Shown: one piece after another, positions 1 to 8,529 of the stretch
Numbering within the stretch: position 1 is the stretch's first letter
How the letters are laid out: each line of letters opens with the position of its first letter
NCBI GenBank assembly: GCA_052279835.1
Contig: CP181291.1
Span: 96,001 to 160,000 of the forward strand
Reading direction: 5' to 3'
DNA length: 64,000 nt
From: Microcoleus sp.
Lineage (GTDB): Bacteria; Cyanobacteriota; Cyanobacteriia; Cyanobacteriales; Microcoleaceae
The notes under the pieces: generated by a model
Told to the model about the DNA's origin: nothing
What the model saw: only the letters and a program-made list of their open reading frames with translations
Databases searched by the model: none
Position numbers and translations under genes: made by a program

Positions 1-81
1 GGAACTTTATTAAAAAATTTGGAAGAAAAAGCAGAAGGGGAATTGAGTGCCTATAAGATAAAAACAACCAATTGGCTGTAG
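1..81 (+). CDS. 3' end of an upstream gene (partial), product unknown
   Basis: Frame 1 reads GTLLKNLEEKAEGELSAYKIKTTNWL then TAG at 79-81, 38 nt before the next ATG. Confidence 0.5.
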   Translation, partial: GTLLKNLEEKAEGELSAYKIKTTNWL

Positions 82-119
82 CCGAATAGCAGTATTTTGT
101 TAACTAAATAAAAAAAGTT

Positions 120-2360
120 ATGAATCACAAACTAGAAGCGGTTTCAGGGATGTTTCCTAGATCTGTTTTATCAGCAAGTCGATCTGAATTTGGAGACGAT
201 CGCGAGACGCAAAAGTCAAAACAACCTGCGCTAAAATTACTTGTGAAAGACGAGCAAAAAGTTCCTGAAGATTTGCATGGTCATGTTTTTATTATCGGGC
301 CAGTGGGGTCGGTAAATTCTCCCAGTCAGCCTGGGACAGAAATTGTTTTTCCTGCCAGTGATGGTTCAACGGCTCTTTATAATGGCGATGGCATGGTTTA
401 TCGCTTAGATTTTAACGATATTGCGGCGGGAGTAAAGTTTTATTCTGCATTGATGAAAACTCCCTGTTATTATGCCGATATTGCTACGTGCCACCAAAAA
501 AAATTAAAATTTTACAATTTGGGAATTTTACGTTTTTCTGAAAAGTTTGGAGCGAGAAATCAGCTTAATACTGCTTTTTTACCGATGCAGTTTTCTGAAG
601 AAGAAGGATATCGTTTGCTGGCAACCTGGGATATAGGCAGGCCTTACGAAATTGACCCTGAAACCCTAGAACTTATCACGCCGGTGGGGAGTAATTCCGA
701 GTGGCGTGCGATGAATCCTTTAATGGCAGATTTGCCCTTTCAACCCCCTTTTCCTTTTCCTTTGGTTCAAGGTTCAGCCCATCCTTGTTTTGATTTTCAC
801 ACAAAAGAAATGTTTACGGTCAACACGGGTAGGTCTTTAACGACATTTATCTCACAATTACGACCTGTAATTTATGGCGTATTGGATACGATAAGTTTGA
901 TAAAACCTCACCCTCATGAAGATATCATTATCCAGCAACCAAGAGAAGCAGAAGAAGAGAAACAAGCAACTTCTGAAAACATTTTTGAGAAAATCATCGT
1001 TTTTTTCAATAACTTAATTTTGGCAATCTACAATTTGCTCCAAGCCTTCAATCCGTTTAGCAATTTCACCTACTTAGTGCGCTGGGATGGCAAAGGAAAT
1101 CTTCAAAGATGGCAACTGGTACAAGCAAATGGGTGTCCGATAAAAATTGAGCAAAGTTTACACCAATTTGCACTAACTGAAGATTATATTATCCTGATAG
1201 ATACGGCATTTAAAATGTTAATAGAAGAAATATTGCCTGCGGGAACGGGGAAAAAATATAAAAGTGTCGAGAAATTTTTAAGAAATTTAATAGACCGACA
1301 ACAATTAGCCGACAATCGCGTTTATATTATTCGTCGGGATGCGCTCAAACCTGACAAGAAAAAAGTTCGGGTGCAAAAAGTGATAATTCCTCGCGGTACA
1401 AATCATTTTATTGCCGATTACAAAAATCCCAACCAAGAAATTACGCTTCACATGGCAAATATGGGTACTTGGGATGCGGCGGAGTGGATTCGAGATATTG
1501 ACGAATCAGTGTTGACATCGAGCGAAACTGACAGTTTAGAAAAACTTTATGGCGTGATTATGGGCCCAACGGATATAAGCCGACTGGGATGTCATATCGT
1601 TAATGGAAAAACCGGCAAATTAATTCGCTCGGATTTGACTGCTTTATATGAGGATTGTAGTCAAAATAAATCCGACGAAAAACAAGAGTGTAAACCAGAG
1701 GACAATCGTTATTCTCAGTATACTTGGGGACCCGCATTATTTACTTGTGCCGATTCGTCACAACCTTTACAAGATATTTATTGGAGTTGTTTGGGATGTT
1801 GGCCGGAGTTACTCACAAAACATGGTTTGAAACTGTACAAAAACTATCAATATCGAGACGTACCCGAAGAGGAAGTTATTAACCTAACAAAAGAGGGAAT
1901 TCAATCGAACTTGCTTCGCTTGCATATTAAGCCTTTAGGAAGTATTAGCGAGTCGGAAAGCCGTTTAGAAATTCAAGATGTCTATCAGTTTCCGAGTAAT
2001 TCGTTTGGCACTTCACCGCAATTTGTGCCTCGTGCTGGTGGGACTGGAGAGTCAACAGATGGTTATCTTGTTTGTGTGGTACATCATGGTACTGATGAAG
2101 AAACAGATAATGGTAATGAAATTTGGATTTTCGATGCGGGAAATCTGAAACAAGGGCCAGTTTGTCAGCTATGGCATCCACAACTTAAACTCGGTTTTAC
2201 TGTACATACAACTTGGTTGCCAAAAATTGCTAAACGCACAGCAACTTACAATATTCCTGTTGAAGAAGATTATCGAGATTTAGTTGCACAGCAGCCGCCA
2301 GAAATTCAAGAATTATTTGAGAAGGAAATTTACCCGCATTTTAAATCGAAAAACCTCTGA
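120..2360 (+). CDS. Carotenoid oxygenase / lignostilbene dioxygenase (RPE65) family protein, long 746-aa form
   Basis: N-terminal P-x-D-L-x-G and NGDGM motifs, PYEIDPETLE, four spaced His (SAHP, LHQF, NHF, VHTTW), PQFVPR...DGYL near the C-terminus. Confidence 0.85.
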   Translation: MNHKLEAVSGMFPRSVLSASRSEFGDDRETQKSKQPALKLLVKDEQKVPEDLHGHVFIIGPVGSVNSPSQPGTEIVFPASDGSTALYNGDGMVYRLDFNDIAAGVKFYSALMKTPCYYADIATCHQKKLKFYNLGILRFSEKFGARNQLNTAFLPMQFSEEEGYRLLATWDIGRPYEIDPETLELITPVGSNSEWRAMNPLMADLPFQPPFPFPLVQGSAHPCFDFHTKEMFTVNTGRSLTTFISQLRPVIYGVLDTISLIKPHPHEDIIIQQPREAEEEKQATSENIFEKIIVFFNNLILAIYNLLQAFNPFSNFTYLVRWDGKGNLQRWQLVQANGCPIKIEQSLHQFALTEDYIILIDTAFKMLIEEILPAGTGKKYKSVEKFLRNLIDRQQLADNRVYIIRRDALKPDKKKVRVQKVIIPRGTNHFIADYKNPNQEITLHMANMGTWDAAEWIRDIDESVLTSSETDSLEKLYGVIMGPTDISRLGCHIVNGKTGKLIRSDLTALYEDCSQNKSDEKQECKPEDNRYSQYTWGPALFTCADSSQPLQDIYWSCLGCWPELLTKHGLKLYKNYQYRDVPEEEVINLTKEGIQSNLLRLHIKPLGSISESESRLEIQDVYQFPSNSFGTSPQFVPRAGGTGESTDGYLVCVVHHGTDEETDNGNEIWIFDAGNLKQGPVCQLWHPQLKLGFTVHTTWLPKIAKRTATYNIPVEEDYRDLVAQQPPEIQELFEKEIYPHFKSKNL

Positions 2361-2550
2361 GTGTGAAGTGCGATAATGACAGAATAAAAAATCATATCGT
2401 TGACAGTTGCATCGTCAGGTGATTTAACCTTTCTAGAATACTCTTGACACAGAGTCCGAGAATAGAGATCTGAATACAGGAAGATGCTACCGGATTTGAT
2501 ATTATTCAAAAATCAGCTAGGATAGAGATATTAAAAATAGGTAAGCTACT

Positions 2551-2775
2551 ATGATCTCCACACTACCTATCATTCATAGTGACCCCGACATTCTAGGGGG
2601 AACTCCTGTGTTTATGGGTACTCGCGTCCCGATGAAGACCTTGCTTGATTATCTCGAAGCTGGTGATTCGCTCAATGAGTTTCTAGATCATTTCCCTAGT
2701 GTCACACGCGAGCAGGCTATTTCAGTTCTCGAATTGGCAAAGGAAATGTTGACTGCTTATGCGACTCCTGCTTGA
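2551..2775 (+). CDS. DUF433 family antitoxin
   Basis: DPDILGGTPVFMGTRVP...YLEAG...F..HFP signature; overlaps the downstream PIN gene. Confidence 0.9.
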   Translation: MISTLPIIHSDPDILGGTPVFMGTRVPMKTLLDYLEAGDSLNEFLDHFPSVTREQAISVLELAKEMLTAYATPA

Positions 2776-3076
2776 TGAGTGTGTCCCGCGACCTCTAAAA
2801 CGTGAACTCACAGACTATGAGGTGCGAACTGTCGTAGAGATGGGATGGGCCGGTAAAAAGAATGGTGAATTATTGAAACTGATGATGCAGGAGAGTTTCA
2901 CCATTTTGCTGACTACGGATCAGAATTTACGTTATCAGCAAAACTTGCAGCAGGCTGGAGTTGCAGTCATTGTGATGGTCGCGCCCAGCAATCGTCTTCC
3001 GGATTTGCTACCACTAATACCCAGCGTTTGCAGCGCGCTGATTTCAATCGCTCCGGGCGAAGTAATTGAAGTCTAA
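2759..3076 (+). CDS. DUF5615/VapC45-like PIN toxin
   Basis: MRLLLDECVP...NGELL...LLTTDQNL pattern; overlaps the DUF433 gene. Confidence 0.85.
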   Translation: MRLLLDECVPRPLKRELTDYEVRTVVEMGWAGKKNGELLKLMMQESFTILLTTDQNLRYQQNLQQAGVAVIVMVAPSNRLPDLLPLIPSVCSALISIAPGEVIEV

Positions 3077-3283
3077 TCAAAGATAGTCGCTAGGTTTTAG
3101 TGTGTTACCAGACATTCGATCGCACTTGTTCAAGTTGCAACTATGGACTCGACAATGCCTCAAACCGCTCCAGCTACAGGATTTTGCCCCTAAAAGTCGA
3201 TCGCCCGCCACGAATCGCTAACTACAAATCAGCCCAAATCGCTAAAATTAAAAAATAGAGACGTAAATAGGCAGGCCCCGTCA

Positions 3284-3892
3284 ATGATCCCAACAGTTAT
3301 AGAACAATCCGGTCGCGGCGAACGCGCCTTTGATATCTACTCGCGACTCCTGCGTGATCGCATCGTCTTCTTGGGCCAACAGGTAGACTCAGAATTGGCT
3401 AACCTGATTGTTGCCCAATTACTATTTTTAGATGCCGAAGACCCAGAAAAAGATATCTACCTCTATATCAACTCCCCAGGGGGTTCGGTGACAGCAGGTA
3501 TGGGCATTTTTGACACCATGAACCACATCCGCCCTGATGTGTGCACCATTTGTCTCGGTTTGGCCGCCAGCATGGGCGCTTTTCTGTTGAGTGCAGGCGC
3601 CAAAGGCAAGCGGATGAGTCTGCCTCATTCCCGGATTATGATCCACCAACCTCTAGGGGGAGCTCAGGGACAAGCAACGGATATTGAAATTCAGGCTAAA
3701 GAGATTTTGTACCACAAACGCCGCCTGAACGGATTTTTGGCAGATCATACCGGTCAGCCTCTGTCGCGTATTGAAGAAGATACCGAACGGGATTTCTTCA
3801 TGTCCGCCGAAGAAGCAAAGGACTACGGTTTGGTAGACCAAGTGATCGATCGCCGTCCTTCTGCAACTCGCCCGATCGCCGCTGTCGTGTAA
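3284..3892 (+). CDS. clpP: ATP-dependent Clp protease proteolytic subunit
   Basis: [25 protein letters not shown] (catalytic Ser), IMIHQP (catalytic His), [11 protein letters not shown]. Confidence 0.97.
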   Translation: MIPTVIEQSGRGERAFDIYSRLLRDRIVFLGQQVDSELANLIVAQLLFLDAEDPEKDIYLYINSPGGSVTAGMGIFDTMNHIRPDVCTICLGLAASMGAFLLSAGAKGKRMSLPHSRIMIHQPLGGAQGQATDIEIQAKEILYHKRRLNGFLADHTGQPLSRIEEDTERDFFMSAEEAKDYGLVDQVIDRRPSATRPIAAVV

Positions 3893-3960
3893 ATTAAAAA
3901 GTTAAACGCGAGCGCGATTTAGAGCCCCGACTTCTTGAAGGAGTGGGGGCTCTAAGTAGA

Positions 3961-4020
3961 AGGAAGAAGTCACCCCCCCCTGCCCCCCCCAAGGGGGGAA
4001 AAGAAGGAAGAAGGAAGAAG
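3961..4020. repeat. Small dispersed C-rich/G-rich hairpin repeat embedded in (GGAAGAA)n
   Basis: gaagaagtcacccccccctgccccccccaaggggggaaa...ggaagaagg; a near-identical inverted copy lies at about 51630-51700. Confidence 0.7.
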
Positions 4021-4080
4021 ACTTATGCAGTCAGCTTTTCGGTCATCCGTATTTTACGTTTAATTAAGTGGATTTACTTA

Positions 4081-4150
4081 ACCAATAACTAATAACTAAT
4101 AACCAATAACCAATAACTAATAACCAATAACTAATAACTAATAACTAATA
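4081..4150. repeat. Heptameric short tandem repeat (STRR-like), AC(C/T)AATA x10
   Basis: Read directly from the sequence, between convergent clpP and the ParR-like gene. Confidence 0.9.
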
Positions 4151-4270
4151 ACAAAGCGATCGCCCTTTTTGTTAAAAGAGCGATCGCCTAGTTTATTTAT
4201 TCACCTGGCTGACAACAGCCAGCCACTAACAGCAAATCTCAAGGTTAAAAAAAACCTTGGCTACCTCATT

Positions 4271-4789
4271 TTAGAAATCTTGCGGCAACAAAGAACTTAA
4301 ACGATCCAACAACGGATCGGATTCCCGACGAGGAGTAACCTCAGCATCAGCAACTACATTCTTATCTGCTACAGACTCCGGCTCAACCCTGTCAGGCTCT
4401 ACTACTTTGGAAACTTGAGCAAAAGAAACTTTAGCAAACTGGCTATTCACACTACCCTGCAACTGCGACAACTGCGTACTCAGTTGATTCATGTGATTTT
4501 GTAGTCCTTCCAAACGGCTTAATTCCTCAGCAGAAACATTGTGCTCGAACTCAGCAAATTTGACCGCCAGTTCAGCAATACGCTGTTCCAACCGCTGAAA
4601 GCTAGGTGTAGGACCAGCCGACTCAGACACCGACAAAAACTGCCACAAAGCTTGCTTGCAGAGATTGCTGAAAGTCTGATATTTAGTCAAAGCCAGCTCT
4701 TTTTCAATAGCGGCCAGCAAAGTTTGATCGGCTGCATCTTCCGTAAACGCCACCGAGAAATTCGCCTTATTTTTTGCCCAAAGTGCCAT
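4271..4789 (-). CDS. ParR-like partner of the chromosomal actin homolog (predicted RHH-like N-terminus, coiled coil, C-terminal amphipathic helix); CorR-like
   Basis: Starts 20 nt downstream of the ParM-like gene. Strand-helix-helix pattern FSVAF..DQTLLAAIEKEL..FSNLCKQALWQFL, heptad-rich middle, C-terminus DPLLDRLSSLLPQDF. Confidence 0.7.
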   Translation of the reverse strand: MALWAKNKANFSVAFTEDAADQTLLAAIEKELALTKYQTFSNLCKQALWQFLSVSESAGPTPSFQRLEQRIAELAVKFAEFEHNVSAEELSRLEGLQNHMNQLSTQLSQLQGSVNSQFAKVSFAQVSKVVEPDRVEPESVADKNVVADAEVTPRRESDPLLDRLSSLLPQDF

Positions 4790-4809
4790 AGGGTTGAAGC
4801 CTTAATGCG

Positions 4810-5892
4810 TTACTTAATGGTGGCTAGCTGAGCCTCAGCATATATAAACTGTCCCAAAGCATTTGCTTTCCGAGAAGGTTGAGCCAAGTGAGCCTTGAGA
4901 TTAGCTTCTTTGAGCAAGGGTTGGAGAACTTCCCAGAAAAACTCGCCGCCCCCACCAGTCAGAACCACATCCGTCACCCGTTCTGGTAGCCACTGCACCA
5001 AACGCTCGGATAATTCGTTAGCGAAAGTCTCGCGCAAATCCTTAATAATCGGATCTAAATTAGTTGGCTTAGTAGCTCCTCTAGGACGATATAAACGCTG
5101 GCCTTCCGGCTTGTTAACCGCTTCTAGTAAAGACAGAGATTGAGCATCTGCCCCTGGAATTTTGGAGGCGACTTGTTCGTAGAACTTATTCATGGCGAAA
5201 GAATCGCTTTTAGAAGCAGCCCTAGCAAACCGGAAACGATCGACCATCAACAAATCAGTAGTTTGATGTCCGATATCGACTACAGCCACCGATAATTCTG
5301 GCAACTCCGGCGAAAACTCCTTATTGTCTTGAGCTTCGCACCAAATCAGACTGCCGAACCCTTCGGGCATCACCCAAACGTGGCTGATATTAATATCCAC
5401 GCGCTCGCCCCGGTAAACCATCAGGTGCGGAGAGCGCAGTTGGCTGACTATTTCTTCCTTTTCCTTCTCAAACTGATCCTGGGAATAAAAGGGCAAGCCT
5501 AGCACAACGGCTATGTCGCCTTTCATCTGGAAATATCCAGCACAGGAAAACACCTTAACTAAGGCATCTACTACTTTAGACTGGTCGGCGCCGCCGAGAT
5601 TAGCGCCAAAATCCGCAGCCAGTTGGCCGATAGCGTAACCCTTGCCCTGATACTCCAGCCACATATCCAACAGAGGGTCTGTGGCTTTCGACTCAAAGCT
5701 ACCGCCCCGTACCTTTTCTACTGGCATAGAAGCCACGTTGGCGGGGATAAAAATAACACCATTGGGATTGCGGCTCACGCAGGCCTTAGTTGCCGTCCGA
5801 CCCAAATCAGCACTAATAATCGATTTGTGAGAAGCGATCTTAGTCTGTTGCGTCAACATAGCCGAATTAGGAACAAGCTGTCTAGTTGTCAT
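4810..5892 (-). CDS. ParM/StbA family actin-like ATPase (chromosomal; CorM-like)
   Basis: Actin-fold motifs: phosphate-1 ADLGRTATK, connector VMPEG, phosphate-2 VVDIGHQTTD, adenosine VLTGGGG, C-terminal ANALG. Confidence 0.9.
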   Translation of the reverse strand: MTTRQLVPNSAMLTQQTKIASHKSIISADLGRTATKACVSRNPNGVIFIPANVASMPVEKVRGGSFESKATDPLLDMWLEYQGKGYAIGQLAADFGANLGGADQSKVVDALVKVFSCAGYFQMKGDIAVVLGLPFYSQDQFEKEKEEIVSQLRSPHLMVYRGERVDINISHVWVMPEGFGSLIWCEAQDNKEFSPELPELSVAVVDIGHQTTDLLMVDRFRFARAASKSDSFAMNKFYEQVASKIPGADAQSLSLLEAVNKPEGQRLYRPRGATKPTNLDPIIKDLRETFANELSERLVQWLPERVTDVVLTGGGGEFFWEVLQPLLKEANLKAHLAQPSRKANALGQFIYAEAQLATIK

Positions 5893-6188
5893 TGAAACGT
5901 TTTACCTCACTGAGCCTCACCATTATCATGCCTTATCCCTGGACACTGCCACGCTTAAAGACAGTGGGTTTTGCCGCGATTTTTCTAACTTTACCTAGAT
6001 CGGCATTCAAATCAGCACCAAACATTATATTCGGGACGATCGCCTTTTATGAATTTTAGATTTAGATTCTAGATATTACGGGCTACTCCACGGATTCATC
6101 TGGGCCCTGTTGTCGCCCGGATGCTTGATTGTCAGTTTTATTTTCCATCGTCCTGACCATACCCTGTTGCCTGAGAGGCCATTGTTAA

Positions 6189-6206
6189 GTTACATTTAGT
6201 TAAGAT
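6189..6206 (+). promoter_or_regulatory. Putative HLR1 (RpaB-binding) element upstream of ftsH
   Basis: GTTACATT-TA-GTTAAGAT resembles (G/T)TTACA(T/A)(T/A)-N2 direct repeat; the second half-site is degenerate. Confidence 0.5.
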
Positions 6207-6286
6207 TCTGAGTGTTAAGTTTGCTCCCACTCCTTCGACACCGCGATCTTACCTGATTTGTCCACAATTCTAGACCCTCATAATTT

Positions 6287-8176
6287 ATGAAAATTTCTTG
6301 GCGAACTATACTACTTTGGACTCTACCCGCCCTAGTCATCGGGTTCTTCCTGTGGCAAGGGGCTTTTGCACCCTCGCCTGCAGAAATGACCAAGAACACC
6401 GCCAGCACGCGCCTCAGCTACGGTAGATTCTTAGATTACTTAAACGCCGGTCGAGTCACCAGCGTAGACCTTTACGATGCAGGTCGGACGGCTATTGTCG
6501 AAGCAGTCGATCCAGAACTGGACAATCACGTACAGCGGTGGCGAGTGGATTTACCCTCCAATGCCCCAGAATTGGTTTCCCGACTCAGAGCCTCCCAAAT
6601 CAGCTTCGACACTCACCCCCTGCGTAACGACAGCGCTGTGTGGGGACTCTTAGGCAATCTCGTGTTTCCTCTGCTATTAGTGGGAGGGTTGTTTTTTCTG
6701 TTCCGCCGCAACGGTGGTAACGTTCCCGGTGGCCCTGGTCAAGCGATGAATTTTGGTAAATCCAAAGCTCGCTTTCAAATGGAAGCCAAAACAGGCGTGT
6801 TGTTCGATGATGTAGCCGGCGTTGAAGAAGCAAAAGAAGAACTCGCCGAAGTCGTCACATTCCTGAAAAAACCAGAACGGTTCACCGCAGTGGGAGCGAA
6901 AATTCCCAAGGGTGTGCTGCTAGTTGGCCCTCCCGGAACAGGTAAAACGATGCTCGCAAAAGCGATCGCAGGGGAAGCCGGCGTACCTTTCTTCAGCATC
7001 TCCGGTTCGGAATTTGTGGAAATGTTCGTAGGTGTGGGTGCTTCCCGCGTCCGAGACTTGTTTAAGAAAGCCAAGGAAAATGCTCCTTGTATCATTTTTA
7101 TTGATGAAATTGATGCCGTGGGCCGTCAGCGGGGTTCCGGTATCGGTGGCGGTAATGATGAGCGCGAACAAACCCTCAACCAGTTGCTGACGGAAATGGA
7201 CGGTTTTGAGGGCAATACTGGGATTATCATCATTGCGGCCACAAACCGTCCTGACGTGCTTGACTCTGCTTTGCTGCGGCCGGGACGTTTTGACCGCCAA
7301 GTGAGCGTAGATACGCCTGATATCAAGGGCAGGTTGGATATTTTGGGGGTACACGCACGCAACAAGAAGTTGTCTGCTGAGATTTCCTTGGATGCGATCG
7401 CCCGTCGGACTCCTGGTTTTACCGGGGCTGATTTGGCAAACTTGCTCAACGAGGCTGCGATTTTAACTGCCCGTCGCCGGAAAGAAGCGATTACGATGCT
7501 GGAAATTGACGATGCAGTCGATCGCGTAGTCGCAGGTATGGAAGGCACTCCATTGGTGGACAGCAAGAGCAAACGCTTAATTGCATACCATGAAATCGGT
7601 CACGCGATCGTCGGTACGGTGATTCAAGCCCACGATCCGGTGCAAAAAGTAACTTTAGTCCCTCGCGGACAAGCCCGTGGTTTAACTTGGTTTATGCCTA
7701 GTGAAGACCAAGGTTTGATTTCGCGATCGCAAATTTTGGCACGGATTAGCGGTGCTTTGGGAGGCCGCGCAGCGGAAGAAGTAGTGTTTGGCGATGCCGA
7801 AGTTACCACCGGTGCAGGTAACGACTTGCAGCAAGTCAGCGGTATGGCGCGCCAAATGGTGACTCGCTACGGAATGTCAGACTTGGGCCCGATCGCCTTG
7901 GAAGCCCAACAAAGTGAAATTTTCCTCGGCCGCGACTACACAGCGCGATCGGAATATTCCGAAGAAATAGCCTCTCGGATTGACGGACAAGTTCGAGCAA
8001 TTGTCGATCATTGCTACAATGATGCGCGCCGAATTATTCGGGAAAATCGCACCGTAGTCGATCGCCTAGTTGATTTGTTGATTGAAAAAGAAACCATCGA
8101 CGGTGAAGAATTCCGGCAAATAGTGGCTGAATACACTTTTGTCCCCGAAAAAGAACAGTACGTTCCTCAGCTTTAA
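6287..8176 (+). CDS. ftsH: ATP-dependent zinc metalloprotease FtsH (FtsH2-type)
   Basis: Two N-terminal TM segments, Walker A GPPGTGKT, Walker [27 protein letters not shown] zinc motif. Confidence 0.97.
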   Translation: MKISWRTILLWTLPALVIGFFLWQGAFAPSPAEMTKNTASTRLSYGRFLDYLNAGRVTSVDLYDAGRTAIVEAVDPELDNHVQRWRVDLPSNAPELVSRLRASQISFDTHPLRNDSAVWGLLGNLVFPLLLVGGLFFLFRRNGGNVPGGPGQAMNFGKSKARFQMEAKTGVLFDDVAGVEEAKEELAEVVTFLKKPERFTAVGAKIPKGVLLVGPPGTGKTMLAKAIAGEAGVPFFSISGSEFVEMFVGVGASRVRDLFKKAKENAPCIIFIDEIDAVGRQRGSGIGGGNDEREQTLNQLLTEMDGFEGNTGIIIIAATNRPDVLDSALLRPGRFDRQVSVDTPDIKGRLDILGVHARNKKLSAEISLDAIARRTPGFTGADLANLLNEAAILTARRRKEAITMLEIDDAVDRVVAGMEGTPLVDSKSKRLIAYHEIGHAIVGTVIQAHDPVQKVTLVPRGQARGLTWFMPSEDQGLISRSQILARISGALGGRAAEEVVFGDAEVTTGAGNDLQQVSGMARQMVTRYGMSDLGPIALEAQQSEIFLGRDYTARSEYSEEIASRIDGQVRAIVDHCYNDARRIIRENRTVVDRLVDLLIEKETIDGEEFRQIVAEYTFVPEKEQYVPQL

Positions 8177-8290
8177 CAGAATATTCAGCGCGAATATAAT
8201 TCGCTCCTACAACAACTAAGTCCACTCCTAGGGGACTAAAGAAATTCAACCCGCGCCAGCGGGTTTTGTTTGTGTAAAAGCAGTTTCAAC

Positions 8291-8413
8291 GGGTGCATCT
8301 CAATGAGTGCAAATATATTAGTAGGGGCGAAGCATGACCGCTGTCAATCTCTGGTTATCACTAATAAATTGTCTGCGGTCATGCTATAGCCCTTACAAAG
8401 TTGGGATGCTCCC
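8291..8413. mobile_element. 123-bp MITE-like element with 13-bp imperfect terminal inverted repeats and an 8-bp target duplication
   Basis: Ends GGGTGCATCTCAA / TTGGGATGCTCCC; GTTTCAAC on both sides (8283-8290, 8414-8421); internal GTAGGGGCG..AGCATGACCGC..GCGGTCATGCT..GCCCTTAC hairpin; sibling at 58875-58996. Confidence 0.75.
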
Positions 8414-8529
8414 GTTTCAACCCCCCTTGTTCCACCCAGAAATTCAACCCGCTGGGAGTGGGTTTTGTTTGTTTAGAAAATGTTAGGCTTGAAAAATTCA
8501 AGTTTGGAACTGCCAATTCACTACCGAGT

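Noticed and set aside
4081..4150. parC centromere for the ParM/ParR pair
   Set aside because: It is a generic heptamer tract of the kind found at several other intergenic sites here, and it lies downstream of the pair rather than at the promoter.
8401..8529. N-terminal extension of the histidine kinase
   Set aside because: The TTG lies in the MITE end and the extension crosses another dispersed repeat; ATG 8530 is more plausible.
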